Virus record (IMG/VR): IMGVR_UViG_3300029915_000005
Reading direction: 5' to 3' (one strand)
Source: a virus
DNA length: 64,000 nt
Below are positions 30,915 through 40,716 of the stretch, in pieces. Position 1 is the stretch's first letter. Each line of letters starts with the position of its first letter. The notes under the pieces were generated by a model. That model had not been told where the DNA came from, made no database searches, and was given only the letters and a program-made list of their open reading frames with translations. The position numbers and the translations under genes are program-made.

Positions 30915-31526
30915 ATGGCTACCAGCTCATTATTGAATTTTACAGTCCCTCTATCAGATATTGGTATTCCTGCATCAGGCCAAGGTCTTTTGATGCCAAA
31001 AATCAAATACAGATTTCGCATTCTTTTTATTGGTTTTGGTGTGTCTGCTCCAACAACCGAATTAACTAAACAAGTTGTCGATTTCAAGCGACCATCTATT
31101 TCATTTGATGAGCAAGAAATTGACGTATACAACAGCAAAATTCACTATGCTGGAAAACCAAAATGGTCTGATACCACCATCACTCTGCGTGATGATATGC
31201 AAGGAGAAGTATCAACATTGGTGGGGCAACAAATTCAGAAACAATTTGATTTTTTAAATCAATCGAGCGCAAGTTCAGCTTCAGATTACAAATTCCAAAC
31301 TATTTGTGAAATGTTGGATGGTGGTAATGGAGCGAACGAGCCAACAGTATTGGAAACTTGGAATTTGATCGGCTGTTACATCAAGAGTTCAGATTATGAT
31401 TCGCTTGATTATAAGACTTCTGATCCAGTTATGATAAAATTAGACATTGTGTTTGATAACGCTTTACAGACACCAGCAGGAATCGGCGCTGCTGTAACTA
31501 GAACACTTGGAACTATAGCAATTTAA
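30915..31526 (+). CDS. gp19: Tail tube protein (T4 gp19-like)
   Basis: LLMPKIKYRFR, YAGKPKW, LETWNLIGCY; follows sheath. Confidence 0.9.
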   Translation: MATSSLLNFTVPLSDIGIPASGQGLLMPKIKYRFRILFIGFGVSAPTTELTKQVVDFKRPSISFDEQEIDVYNSKIHYAGKPKWSDTTITLRDDMQGEVSTLVGQQIQKQFDFLNQSSASSASDYKFQTICEMLDGGNGANEPTVLETWNLIGCYIKSSDYDSLDYKTSDPVMIKLDIVFDNALQTPAGIGAAVTRTLGTIAI

Positions 31527-31534
31527 TGCTATAA

Positions 31535-31566
31535 AAAAGAGCCAGATATTAATATCTGGCTCTTTT
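31535..31566 (+). terminator. Intrinsic terminator
   Basis: aaaagagccagatatt / aatatctggctctttt. Confidence 0.8.
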
Positions 31567-31630
31567 AACTTGCCATTCACGACTCTGACAAGTCCAATGG
31601 CTCTATCATAACTTGGAGAAATGACAGCCT

Positions 31631-33107
31631 ATGTCTATTTATACATACGAATCAGCACTCGCAGAAATTATCAGATTGAAATCAAAAACTCCGTATTATG
31701 TTAACTTAATTAGAAAAATTGAATATAAATCATTGCTTGAGTGGATTAATATCCAAATTCCTGATGAAAAATACACAATAGGAGCAAAAATTTTTCTTTT
31801 GCTTAACTCAGATTTAGAATTAATATGCCCATATGGAAAAGAAAAGAAATACAGAGCAGATTTATCTAAATTTGTTTGTATTAAATCGTGTCAATGTACA
31901 AAAGATAATAGATCCAAAACAAATGTTGATGTTTATGGATCAAGCTGTCCTTTGAAAAGCATAGAAGTGCAAGAAAAGAGAAAAAATACTTGTATAGAAT
32001 TGTATGGAGTTGATCATCCATCTAAATCAGAAGAAATTAAGAATAAAAAGAAACAAACCTGCATTAAAAATTTTGGTTATGATAATAATTTAAAATCCCC
32101 AAAATGCAGAGAGAAGCGAAAGAAAACAATGTTAGAAAAATATGGATACGAAAATCCAGGAAATTGCCCAGAAATAATAGAAAAACAGCAAAACACTTGT
32201 ATGGAAAATAATGGAGTTTCCTTCCCCTTTCAAGCAAAAGAAATTCAAGATAGAGTTAAGAAAACAATGTTAGAAAAATATGGATACGAAAATCCAGGAA
32301 ATTGCCCAGAAATAATAGAAAAACAGCAAACCACTTGTATGGAAAGATATGGAGTTAATACTCCTTTTGACTCAAAAGAAATTCAAGAAAAAAGCAAAAA
32401 TACACGAGAAAAAAATTATAAATTAAATTCTGTAATCAAAAAATCTAATGAAAAATTAAAAAATATAAGTATTTATGGAAAAGAAGATCCTACTAGTAAA
32501 GAAAAAGCAATAAAATATAAGAAAAACTAATATACAAAAATATGGAACTGAATGGTCAGTTCAAAAACATATTACTTCAAAATCTTTAGAAATTCTAAAT
32601 TCTAAAAAATTATTAAATGAGATGTTAGAAAAAAATTCATTTGATGAAATATCAAAATTATTAGGAGTTACTTATTCTACAATTAATAGAAGATACAGAA
32701 AACACAATCCAGAAAAACCCTTGATTAAAAGGTCAAGTTCATTTCAAAATGAAATTGCTTGTTGGTTAATACAAGAAAATATAAAATTTACTGAAAAAAA
32801 TCGCACAATTTTAAAAAATAAAATTAAAATTAAAAATTTAAAAACAAAAGAATTAGATTTTTATCTTCCAGATTATAAAATTGGAATTGAATTCAATGGA
32901 ACATATTGGCATATGGACCCAAGAAAATATAAATCAATTGATTATAATGAAATTGCTAAAAAGACAGCTCAAGAAATTTGGGATAAAGACAAATATAAAG
33001 AAGATTTATGCAAATCATTGGATATAAAATTAATAGTTATTTGGGAGCAAGACTGGAAATCCAACAAAGAACAAATCAAAACAAATATACTATCCCAACT
33101 TAGCTAA
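31631..33107 (+). pseudogene. Vsr/DUF559-like homing endonuclease with one frameshift
   Basis: 23-aa KTxxEKYG repeats; +1 shift near the A run at 32522-32526 joins to ELDFYLPDYKIGIEFNGTYWH. Confidence 0.75.
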
Positions 33108-33115
33108 ATATTAAT

Positions 33116-34267
33116 ATGGGAACTCTTAATAGTGTTTTATCATCGATTAAATATGCAGCGCAACCATCTATAACTCTGCGTAACTATCAACACGCGACTA
33201 AAATTTTTGGACCAAATAATAATAGTCTAGCGCCGAAAACAAAAAACTGGTTCCATATATATTTCCAAGTAAATCCTTCTGTAGTAACACAAGTAACCAA
33301 CCAGTTGAGCGCGGCTGTAACTAATGATAGGATAAACTGGAATCCCGCAAATCTTCCTGTTCTTGGAGTGTTAGCTAAAACAGTTGCCCTTCCAAAAATT
33401 AAAATAAATACTGAAAAAAATAATCAATATAATAGATGGTCATTGACTCCAACAAAAATTAATTATGACCCAATTTCAATAAGTTTTTGGGATGATACTA
33501 TTAATGTTATTCAGCATTTTTGGTATGGTTATTACCAATATATGAATCAGGATCCAAATTTTGTTAATTGGGCTGCTAGTCAATCGCAGGGAATAAATAT
33601 CCCGCCTCAATGGTCACAATCCAGTGGAAATGTCAGTTCATTGTATAATAGTTCATTTTTTAACTATGGACTTGATACAATTCCTACAACAAGCAATGGG
33701 AGTCCACTTGCATTTGCTCCTGGAGTAAATTTTAGTAGGAGCAATAATTTTTTGGAGAGTATTAGAATATATCAGTTCAATAGAGCTGTTAATCCCAAAG
33801 GAGTAGAATATACTGAATTCACGTTAGTAAATCCAATTATAACTGGATTCAGTCATGATGATTTGGAATCATCTTCATCTGACTTTATGATCAATAAAAT
33901 GGATGTAGAATATGAAACTGTATTTTATAATAATGGTTATCTAAATAATGATGAAATTGCATCATGGGATGCAGTAACTTCTACATTATTTGATAATACT
34001 CCAAGTCCATTGGGATCAATAAATCCATTACTCAATACTATTTCGCAAAGTATATCAACTACTCAAAGTGCTGTTGCAACAGGTCAAGAAATTTCTCGCA
34101 ATACTGGCGGAGTTACCAGCGTTGCAACTATTCTAAGTGAAGCTGGCCAAGTTTCATCATTAACTAATGCTGCGGGACAATTAATCAATAATGGTTCATT
34201 AACTGTGCCAACACCAGCCAATAGTTTTGGAGATTCTGGCTTACCGCCATTATCTGTTGGAGTTTAA
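33116..34267 (+). CDS. Tail tube initiator / baseplate-tube junction protein (gp48/gp54-like)
   Basis: Tube-fold motifs NQYNR, YDPISISFWDD, LVNPIIT; tail module position. Confidence 0.65.
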   Translation: MGTLNSVLSSIKYAAQPSITLRNYQHATKIFGPNNNSLAPKTKNWFHIYFQVNPSVVTQVTNQLSAAVTNDRINWNPANLPVLGVLAKTVALPKIKINTEKNNQYNRWSLTPTKINYDPISISFWDDTINVIQHFWYGYYQYMNQDPNFVNWAASQSQGINIPPQWSQSSGNVSSLYNSSFFNYGLDTIPTTSNGSPLAFAPGVNFSRSNNFLESIRIYQFNRAVNPKGVEYTEFTLVNPIITGFSHDDLESSSSDFMINKMDVEYETVFYNNGYLNNDEIASWDAVTSTLFDNTPSPLGSINPLLNTISQSISTTQSAVATGQEISRNTGGVTSVATILSEAGQVSSLTNAAGQLINNGSLTVPTPANSFGDSGLPPLSVGV

Positions 34268-34269
34268 TT

Positions 34270-35022
34270 ATGAAAATTGATGAAATACTTTGTGAATATA
34301 CTCAATTACAAGGAATAATACCTCCATATGGAAAGGGGCATATTGACTTCGATGAATTTTTAAAAAAGAAATGGCCAATAGCGTATAACTCTTCATTTAC
34401 AATTTATCGTGGTGTCGAAATTAAATCAGAAGGTTATTTATTATATGGCGATAGCAGGTTAACAGAAAGAGTGTCTGCAAATACTGACAATTATTATACA
34501 CAAATAATAGACAATATTCTTCCAGAATGGGAAAAATTTCCAAAAAGATCGAGAAGTTTTATTTGCACAAATGAGCATTTTGATGCAATGGCAATGGGAA
34601 GACCATATAGAGTATATCCAGTTGGAGATCCTTTAATTGGAATTTGTCCATATTCTGATTTGTGGATTTCATTTAAACATATTCACCTTGGTAAATTTGC
34701 TCGCATGTTTGAAGAAATAGAAAAAGAATTAGGAATAGTTGTCAATGACAAAGATTTAGGATCAATCAAAAATTTTATTAAATATGCTAATGAAAATTTT
34801 GATAAAATAATAAAAATTATTAAAAAATATGTGCAAGAAACTTACCCAAATACAATAGAAGATAAAAAATCATTTATGGAAGTTTTAGAATGGATATTAG
34901 ATCCTATTAGCAATAGTTTCAGATTAGCCAGATTATCTCAAATTCCTGCTCTATATAATGGATTAAATGATCATGAACACGAATTTTGGTTCTCTGGGCC
35001 AGCGTATTTTGTATCATCTTAA
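34270..35022 (+). CDS. Divergent RSNSIFCT-family (ART-like) paralogue
   Basis: IYRG, RVSANT, KRSRSFICT, EFWFSG; MKIDEILCE N-terminus. Confidence 0.55.
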   Translation: MKIDEILCEYTQLQGIIPPYGKGHIDFDEFLKKKWPIAYNSSFTIYRGVEIKSEGYLLYGDSRLTERVSANTDNYYTQIIDNILPEWEKFPKRSRSFICTNEHFDAMAMGRPYRVYPVGDPLIGICPYSDLWISFKHIHLGKFARMFEEIEKELGIVVNDKDLGSIKNFIKYANENFDKIIKIIKKYVQETYPNTIEDKKSFMEVLEWILDPISNSFRLARLSQIPALYNGLNDHEHEFWFSGPAYFVSS

Positions 35023-35031
35023 AGGAGTTAT

Positions 35032-35343
35032 ATGGCAACGTTAAAAATAAAATCGACTAATGTAGAAAGAAATAATTATGATTATGTACGAGCATACGCA
35101 GAAACTCAAAGCTCAAATTCGACAATTGTTGACGAATTAATACAGGCCTATGTATTAGTTGCACAAAATTTAAATATAACTCCTTTACAATTTATTCAAT
35201 TAGTTGAAAGTAAAGGTAATACTGTTGAGCAAGCACAATATTTGGCACAGCAATTAAATAGTGTTAGAGTAAGATCGGCGTATTTGGGTGTTAGATTGAA
35301 CCAAAATACTCCAGTATTTATTGCTAGAGAGATTGCGGCCTAA
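35032..35343 (+). CDS. Hypothetical protein
   Basis: SD AGGAG, intact ORF in operon. Confidence 0.65.
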   Translation: MATLKIKSTNVERNNYDYVRAYAETQSSNSTIVDELIQAYVLVAQNLNITPLQFIQLVESKGNTVEQAQYLAQQLNSVRVRSAYLGVRLNQNTPVFIAREIAA

Positions 35344-35352
35344 CGAGGAAAT

Positions 35353-35787
35353 ATGCCAAAATACCATAAAGGATTTTATACTATTAAGAATAAAGAAAAG
35401 TATATAGGAAAAAGAGCGCCCATTTACAGAAGCGGCTGGGAAGCGACTTTTATGCAATTTTGTGATTTCAATCCCAATGTTTTGCAATGGGCCTCAGAAT
35501 CAATAGCAATTTTATATCAAGACCCATTAACTGGAAAGAAGAAAAATTATTATCCAGATTTCCTTGTTATATACAATGATAAAGATAATATTCGGAAAGC
35601 AGAAATTGTAGAAATTAAGCCCAGCACACAGACTGGACAAACAAAAACTAAAAGTAAAATAAATAATGCAGCAATTATTCGCAATCATGCTAAGTGGGCT
35701 GCTGCATTACAATACGCAGAAATGAATGGGCTTAATTTTCGTCTAATCACAGAGAATGAGTTGTTTGGTATTAAAGGAAAAATATGA
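35353..35787 (+). CDS. gp4: Head completion nuclease (T4 gp4-like, TnsA-type PD-(D/E)xK)
   Basis: YRSGWE, WASE, YYPDF, VEIKP, AKWAAA. Confidence 0.9.
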   Translation: MPKYHKGFYTIKNKEKYIGKRAPIYRSGWEATFMQFCDFNPNVLQWASESIAILYQDPLTGKKKNYYPDFLVIYNDKDNIRKAEIVEIKPSTQTGQTKTKSKINNAAIIRNHAKWAAALQYAEMNGLNFRLITENELFGIKGKI

Positions 35788-36257
35788 AAACAAATACTAA
35801 ATTAGAAGAAGTATTTAATATGTCTCCAGCTACTTCTCTTGAAATTGTTCCAGTTCAAAAAGAAGAAACTTCTTTAGTTATGGAAACAAAATATAAAGAG
35901 CTTGATATTATTGAACGAGCATTACAAGAAGTTGCTGGATTAACTTCTGATGATAATGAACTTGATAAATTGGCAGAACTTGCTATAACTTCTCATAATG
36001 ATATGATCGAACTTTCTCTTAATGTGGAACAACGCTTTTGCGGTGAGATTGCAGGTGTCGCCTCCAATTTTTTAAGTGCAGCAATTACTGCCAAAACAAA
36101 TAAAATCAAATCAAAATTAGACAGAATTGAGCTTCAACTTAAAAAGAAACTCATTGATTTCAAGACAAAAGAAAGTCAAGATAAAATACCATTAGACGGC
36201 GAGAGTATGGTAATGGATCGCAACCAATTACTAGCTGAATTACTTAAAAAGCCATAA
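35784..36257 (+). CDS. Helical protein, possible terminase small subunit
   Basis: Size, helical character and C-terminal MDRNQLL; inference only. Confidence 0.4.
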   Translation: MKTNTKLEEVFNMSPATSLEIVPVQKEETSLVMETKYKELDIIERALQEVAGLTSDDNELDKLAELAITSHNDMIELSLNVEQRFCGEIAGVASNFLSAAITAKTNKIKSKLDRIELQLKKKLIDFKTKESQDKIPLDGESMVMDRNQLLAELLKKP

Positions 36258-36285
36258 AGTGATAAATAATACTAGAGGATTAAAT

Positions 36286-36891
36286 ATGAAATTATTCAGC
36301 CAACTTTTGAAAGAAAGCGTGAGAACTTATAATTATAGCATTAAACTCAACTTTAACCCAACAGATGATGTGATGGATAAAATTGAGCAAGCATTGGCAA
36401 AATATCAATTGGTGGATATAAGCAAACCGAAAAGTAGACCAATTTCTCGTGTTGATAAGGATTTTCCTGGTTTGAATCCAGAAGTTTATACTATTGATGT
36501 TAGTTTGGCATATCCAGGATCATCTAATATGGTTCGCCACACAGTTGCATCTATTGGGTTAGAATTGCAGAATGTTGCAGTTGTTAGCACAGATCATGAA
36601 GCTTCTGTGGATGCTGAAGAAAATCTTATTGATACTAATGACGCAGAAGGTATTGCATTATTGGACAAAGCAGAACCAAAGCAAGATAATAAGAAAATTA
36701 GTGAAGAGAATTTTGGAGACGCTTACAATGAGCGTTTAATAAAAAATTCAATTGGCTCCACAGATCAAATTATTCCCAAAGAACTGAAGAAAATTAAAGC
36801 AGAAACAACTAATGATCTTCCAATTGGAAAGAAATCAGCTATGGGAAGCGTAAAACCAAAAATTCCAACAGTTAAGAGTTTTGCTCGTTAA
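36286..36891 (+). CDS. Hypothetical head-associated protein
   Basis: Late promoter and SD GAGG before ATG 36286; N-terminus MKLFSQLLKES. Confidence 0.6.
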   Translation: MKLFSQLLKESVRTYNYSIKLNFNPTDDVMDKIEQALAKYQLVDISKPKSRPISRVDKDFPGLNPEVYTIDVSLAYPGSSNMVRHTVASIGLELQNVAVVSTDHEASVDAEENLIDTNDAEGIALLDKAEPKQDNKKISEENFGDAYNERLIKNSIGSTDQIIPKELKKIKAETTNDLPIGKKSAMGSVKPKIPTVKSFAR

Positions 36892-36902
36892 GGATTAATA
36901 AA

Positions 36903-39900
36903 ATGGAAATGGAAAGAATATTAGCAGTATTTAATGCGATGCAGAATAATAATTTGACTGCCACACCTCCAACTTCATTAGTTTCTGAAGAAAATTCTTC
37001 ATATAAATGCGATCAATGTTATGATACTGGCGATAAAGATTGCAGTATTTGTAATGGCAAAGGTTATATAGATGAAGATTGGATGGAAAGTAGAAATTGC
37101 GCTCATTGCGATGCAAGTGGCAAAATTCCTTGTAGATGCAAAACTGATAGAGTAAATGAAGAACAAGAATGTTGGAAATGTAATGGTTCTGGAGTTAATT
37201 GCCCAGATTGCCAAGGTGCTGGAAGAGTTGAAAAAGTGAAAAATAAAAAAATTAACGAAGATTGGGGCAGCAGTGATACTTCTATTGCAATGCAGCAGAT
37301 GAAGCAGGATATGGAAGATTATCCTTCTGAAACATTAGAAGATGCTGCTTATGCGACTGCTGAAAGATTTTGGGATCAAATGGGATATTCCAATGTAGAA
37401 ATGGCAAAAGATAGACTGCTTCAACTATGGGAACTTAGAAAGAATAGAGGAAGATTTTTTGAATCTGCTGAACCTATTTCTAAAAATAATATTGAAGATT
37501 TGTATACAGAAGCAATGACACAATGTAATTTTATAACTCAACAATTTAAATTAATTAATCCAACTCGTAAATCAATAATTCAACAAAATTTAACTAATTT
37601 GGGAATTGAGTTTTTAGAAATTGGAAAAATGGCAAAAAATGCCATGAAATTTCTAATAGATGGCGATAAAGATCAAGCTATAGTTACATATCAATATGCT
37701 ATAAATAAACTGGATGATGCTTCAAATAAATGGGGAACATTGGTGGTTGAAAATAAATTAAATAAATTAAATAAAAATCACAAATGTTCATTTTGTGATG
37801 GGAATAAATATGTCCCAGAGCCTTTACCGACAAAAGATTTAGGAAATGGCAGTTTTACAACTGGTTCTAGAGCAGTGCCATGTAAATATTGCAATAAGAA
37901 TGGAAAACAAATTTCAGAATCTAAAGAAGTAATTTGTAAAAATTGCAGCGCGGATGGTGTAATCCCGTGCCAAGCTTGTAAGGGAAAAGATGGAAATTTT
38001 GAATGTAAAGAATGTTTTGGAGAAGGCGAAATAACTTGCAATAAATGTAAAGGGAAGGGATATGTTGAAATGAAAAAAGTTAATGAATGCGATACTATTG
38101 GCATTGAGCAAACAACTCCAAGCAATTTAACAATTAATACAAGCTATGATAGTTTAACTAATAAAAAGACGATTAATATTAGCGCAGATAATGAAAGAGC
38201 AGAAGAGTTGGATCGCATTCTTAAATTAAGTGGAATAATTCCTGATCGAACTCAAGTTGAAGAACCCATTGAAAAAGATAATTTTTATGGTCTAAGAGAA
38301 GATTTTAACTCTGATCCTGAAGATGAAATTGATTTTAGGGATAGTGATGAAAGTGTAGAACCAGGATTGTGTTGCAGATGTTCTTGGCCAATTGAAAATG
38401 ATGGTTTTGATTTTAGTGGTCTGTGTTATGATTGCTACAATAAAGTATCTGAAAAGTTAGAAGATAATTATTTGGAGAATGATAGATTTAATGAATCATT
38501 TCTTAGAGAATCAAGTGAATATATTGTTCGTGGAGAATTACCTGGGCTTAACTTATCTAACATGCGAACAGTTTATTTACATGTTATTAATGGAACTCCG
38601 ACATACTATGATTTTTGTGATAGAAATATGGCAACTAAGTTTTCTGATTTAGAAGAAGCTAAACAAAAAGCTGCTCATTTTAAAAGAGATTGGGATTACA
38701 TTCACATTCAAAATGTTAAAGTTGTTCCACTTGGGATTAATGAAAGTTCAATTGATGTAAAAGCTATAAAGAATTTTGATTGTCCAAGATGCAAAGCTAA
38801 AAAAGGCGATGAATGCCATACATCTGAGGGAGAACGCATTGTTTTCCCACATGAAGAGCGTGTTAAAAAAGCTGAAAAAGTAAATGAAAGTAAATATTCA
38901 ACATTAGTAGATACTTGTAAAGTTTGTGGCGATAAATTATATTTTAACAATTCATCCCATATATGGATTCATGATGATCCAACGATTACAAATAAACATA
39001 ATCATAAAGCTGTTCCAAAACAACATAAAGAAAACGGAATGCCATTAGAAGAATCTTCAGAACCAAAGAGAATTAAACATCCAGGCGTTCAATGTGCTGG
39101 GAAAGATTGCAAGAAAGCTGCTCGATGGAGAATGACTGATGGAAAATTAATGTGTGATGGCTGCAAATCTAAAGGAAAAATAAATGAATGGGTGGGTAGT
39201 ATTGAACCATCTGTTGGGCCAATTTCAAGATTTCTTAAAGAGAAAGGTTTTAAATTAGGAGCATCTAATAATTCTTATTCTCATTGGACTTATGGTAATT
39301 TTACCGTAACTTTATATCCAGGAAAATTTGATGGTAAACGTACTCCAAGAACAACTTGGGCAATTTATAGTGGAAATACTCGCGTACCATCAATGCATGG
39401 TGCTGGTCTTACAGAATTAGAAAGAGCAATAAATGCTTCCATTATTCCTATGAATGAATCATGGCAAGATAAGCGTGATAATGAACTACGTGTTAAAGGA
39501 AATTTTGGAAAATGCGTTAGTTGTGGGGAAGATGTTGGAAAACACAATGAAGAAGAATCTAAAAAATGTATGGATAAAAAGAAGGATAAAAATATGAATG
39601 AAGCATTGACACCAAAGAGAGAAAATTCAGGATTAAATGGCGCATCAAGAGGTTGGGCAAACAGTCCCAATGAGCAAATCGCTGGTTGGAGAGCATTGGT
39701 TGATGATGCTGATGGTCCAAATAAACCAAAAGAAATGTTGAATAAAATCAAAGGTAATGATAACACAATGACTGTTGTTGCCAATGAAAAAGATAAACCT
39801 TTGCATGAAAATAAACAAATTAATGTCATTGCTGAAAAACTAAGCAAGAAATTTACTTCTTTAAATGAAAACGAAGCAAGATATGCAGCAAACCAGCTTA

Positions 39901-40394
39901 ATTTTAATCATGTTGAAAGAAAATTAAAAGAAGCTGGCTTCAAACACAATCCTGAAAAGGAAGCTGAAATTAATCGTTCTGCTCATATTTTTACTGGAAA
40001 TAATGGAAGTTTTGTTTCAGTATCCAAAGATGGAAAATGGGACTGGGCATATCATCATGACGAAACATTGGATGAAGGTTCAGGAAAAGCTTCTTTATTA
40101 GATTTAATTTATCAGTTTCTTATGGATGAATATAATTCTGGAGAATGGGAATCAGAACCATCATTAGAAGATGAATTAGAAGCAAATGCAGCTTTTGATG
40201 AAGAACCAATGATGGAAGATTCAAAATCAGAACATGATAAGGCTGTGGATGCAGCATTTGATCAAAATGAAAAATATGGAAAGATGCTTTCAGCATTAGA
40301 CAAACAGCCAAATATATTTTCAAAAGCAGCGAAAAGAATGGGAAAAGTTTCCAAAGATTATAAACCAGCAGGAGTTCCAGTTAGGGAGAAATAA
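36903..40394 (+). CDS. Modular zinc-finger-rich protein, putative protease-processed polyprotein
   Basis: About 10 Cys/His clusters and other small domains separated by recurring [VILM]-N/S/E-E sites. Confidence 0.7.
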   Translation: MEMERILAVFNAMQNNNLTATPPTSLVSEENSSYKCDQCYDTGDKDCSICNGKGYIDEDWMESRNCAHCDASGKIPCRCKTDRVNEEQECWKCNGSGVNCPDCQGAGRVEKVKNKKINEDWGSSDTSIAMQQMKQDMEDYPSETLEDAAYATAERFWDQMGYSNVEMAKDRLLQLWELRKNRGRFFESAEPISKNNIEDLYTEAMTQCNFITQQFKLINPTRKSIIQQNLTNLGIEFLEIGKMAKNAMKFLIDGDKDQAIVTYQYAINKLDDASNKWGTLVVENKLNKLNKNHKCSFCDGNKYVPEPLPTKDLGNGSFTTGSRAVPCKYCNKNGKQISESKEVICKNCSADGVIPCQACKGKDGNFECKECFGEGEITCNKCKGKGYVEMKKVNECDTIGIEQTTPSNLTINTSYDSLTNKKTINISADNERAEELDRILKLSGIIPDRTQVEEPIEKDNFYGLREDFNSDPEDEIDFRDSDESVEPGLCCRCSWPIENDGFDFSGLCYDCYNKVSEKLEDNYLENDRFNESFLRESSEYIVRGELPGLNLSNMRTVYLHVINGTPTYYDFCDRNMATKFSDLEEAKQKAAHFKRDWDYIHIQNVKVVPLGINESSIDVKAIKNFDCPRCKAKKGDECHTSEGERIVFPHEERVKKAEKVNESKYSTLVDTCKVCGDKLYFNNSSHIWIHDDPTITNKHNHKAVPKQHKENGMPLEESSEPKRIKHPGVQCAGKDCKKAARWRMTDGKLMCDGCKSKGKINEWVGSIEPSVGPISRFLKEKGFKLGASNNSYSHWTYGNFTVTLYPGKFDGKRTPRTTWAIYSGNTRVPSMHGAGLTELERAINASIIPMNESWQDKRDNELRVKGNFGKCVSCGEDVGKHNEEESKKCMDKKKDKNMNEALTPKRENSGLNGASRGWANSPNEQIAGWRALVDDADGPNKPKEMLNKIKGNDNTMTVVANEKDKPLHENKQINVIAEKLSKKFTSLNENEARYAANQLNFNHVERKLKEAGFKHNPEKEAEINRSAHIFTGNNGSFVSVSKDGKWDWAYHHDETLDEGSGKASLLDLIYQFLMDEYNSGEWESEPSLEDELEANAAFDEEPMMEDSKSEHDKAVDAAFDQNEKYGKMLSALDKQPNIFSKAAKRMGKVSKDYKPAGVPVREK

Positions 40395-40395
40395 C

Positions 40396-40716
40396 GTGAA
40401 AACAAGTGCAGAATTATTAAGAGAATATTCCTCTATGATTAAAGAAGACGAAGATGATTTTGATGCTTCAGATTTTAATGAAAATGAACCAGACGATTTT
40501 GAAGAAATGAATCGCAACGAAGCTGATGATTATAGAAATGAAAGTTCTTCAGATATGGACAACGACGACAATCCAGTTAGTAAATTAGTAGATTATTTAG
40601 ATGCTGAAACAAATAATGAGTTTGATTTTACTACACTTATCAGTCAATTTATGAAGGAAAATAATTATGAATTAGTTCCTACTAATAGTTTGGAGAATTC
40701 TACTGGGAATGTATAA
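40396..40716 (+). CDS. Acidic hypothetical protein
   Basis: GTG start after GGAG; MKTSAELLRE N-terminus. Confidence 0.6.
   Translation: MKTSAELLREYSSMIKEDEDDFDASDFNENEPDDFEEMNRNEADDYRNESSSDMDNDDNPVSKLVDYLDAETNNEFDFTTLISQFMKENNYELVPTNSLENSTGNV

Noticed and set aside
36903-38080. DnaJ chaperone call for the CxxCxGxG repeats
   Set aside because: No J-domain with HPD motif and no DnaJ C-terminal domain; only isolated zinc modules
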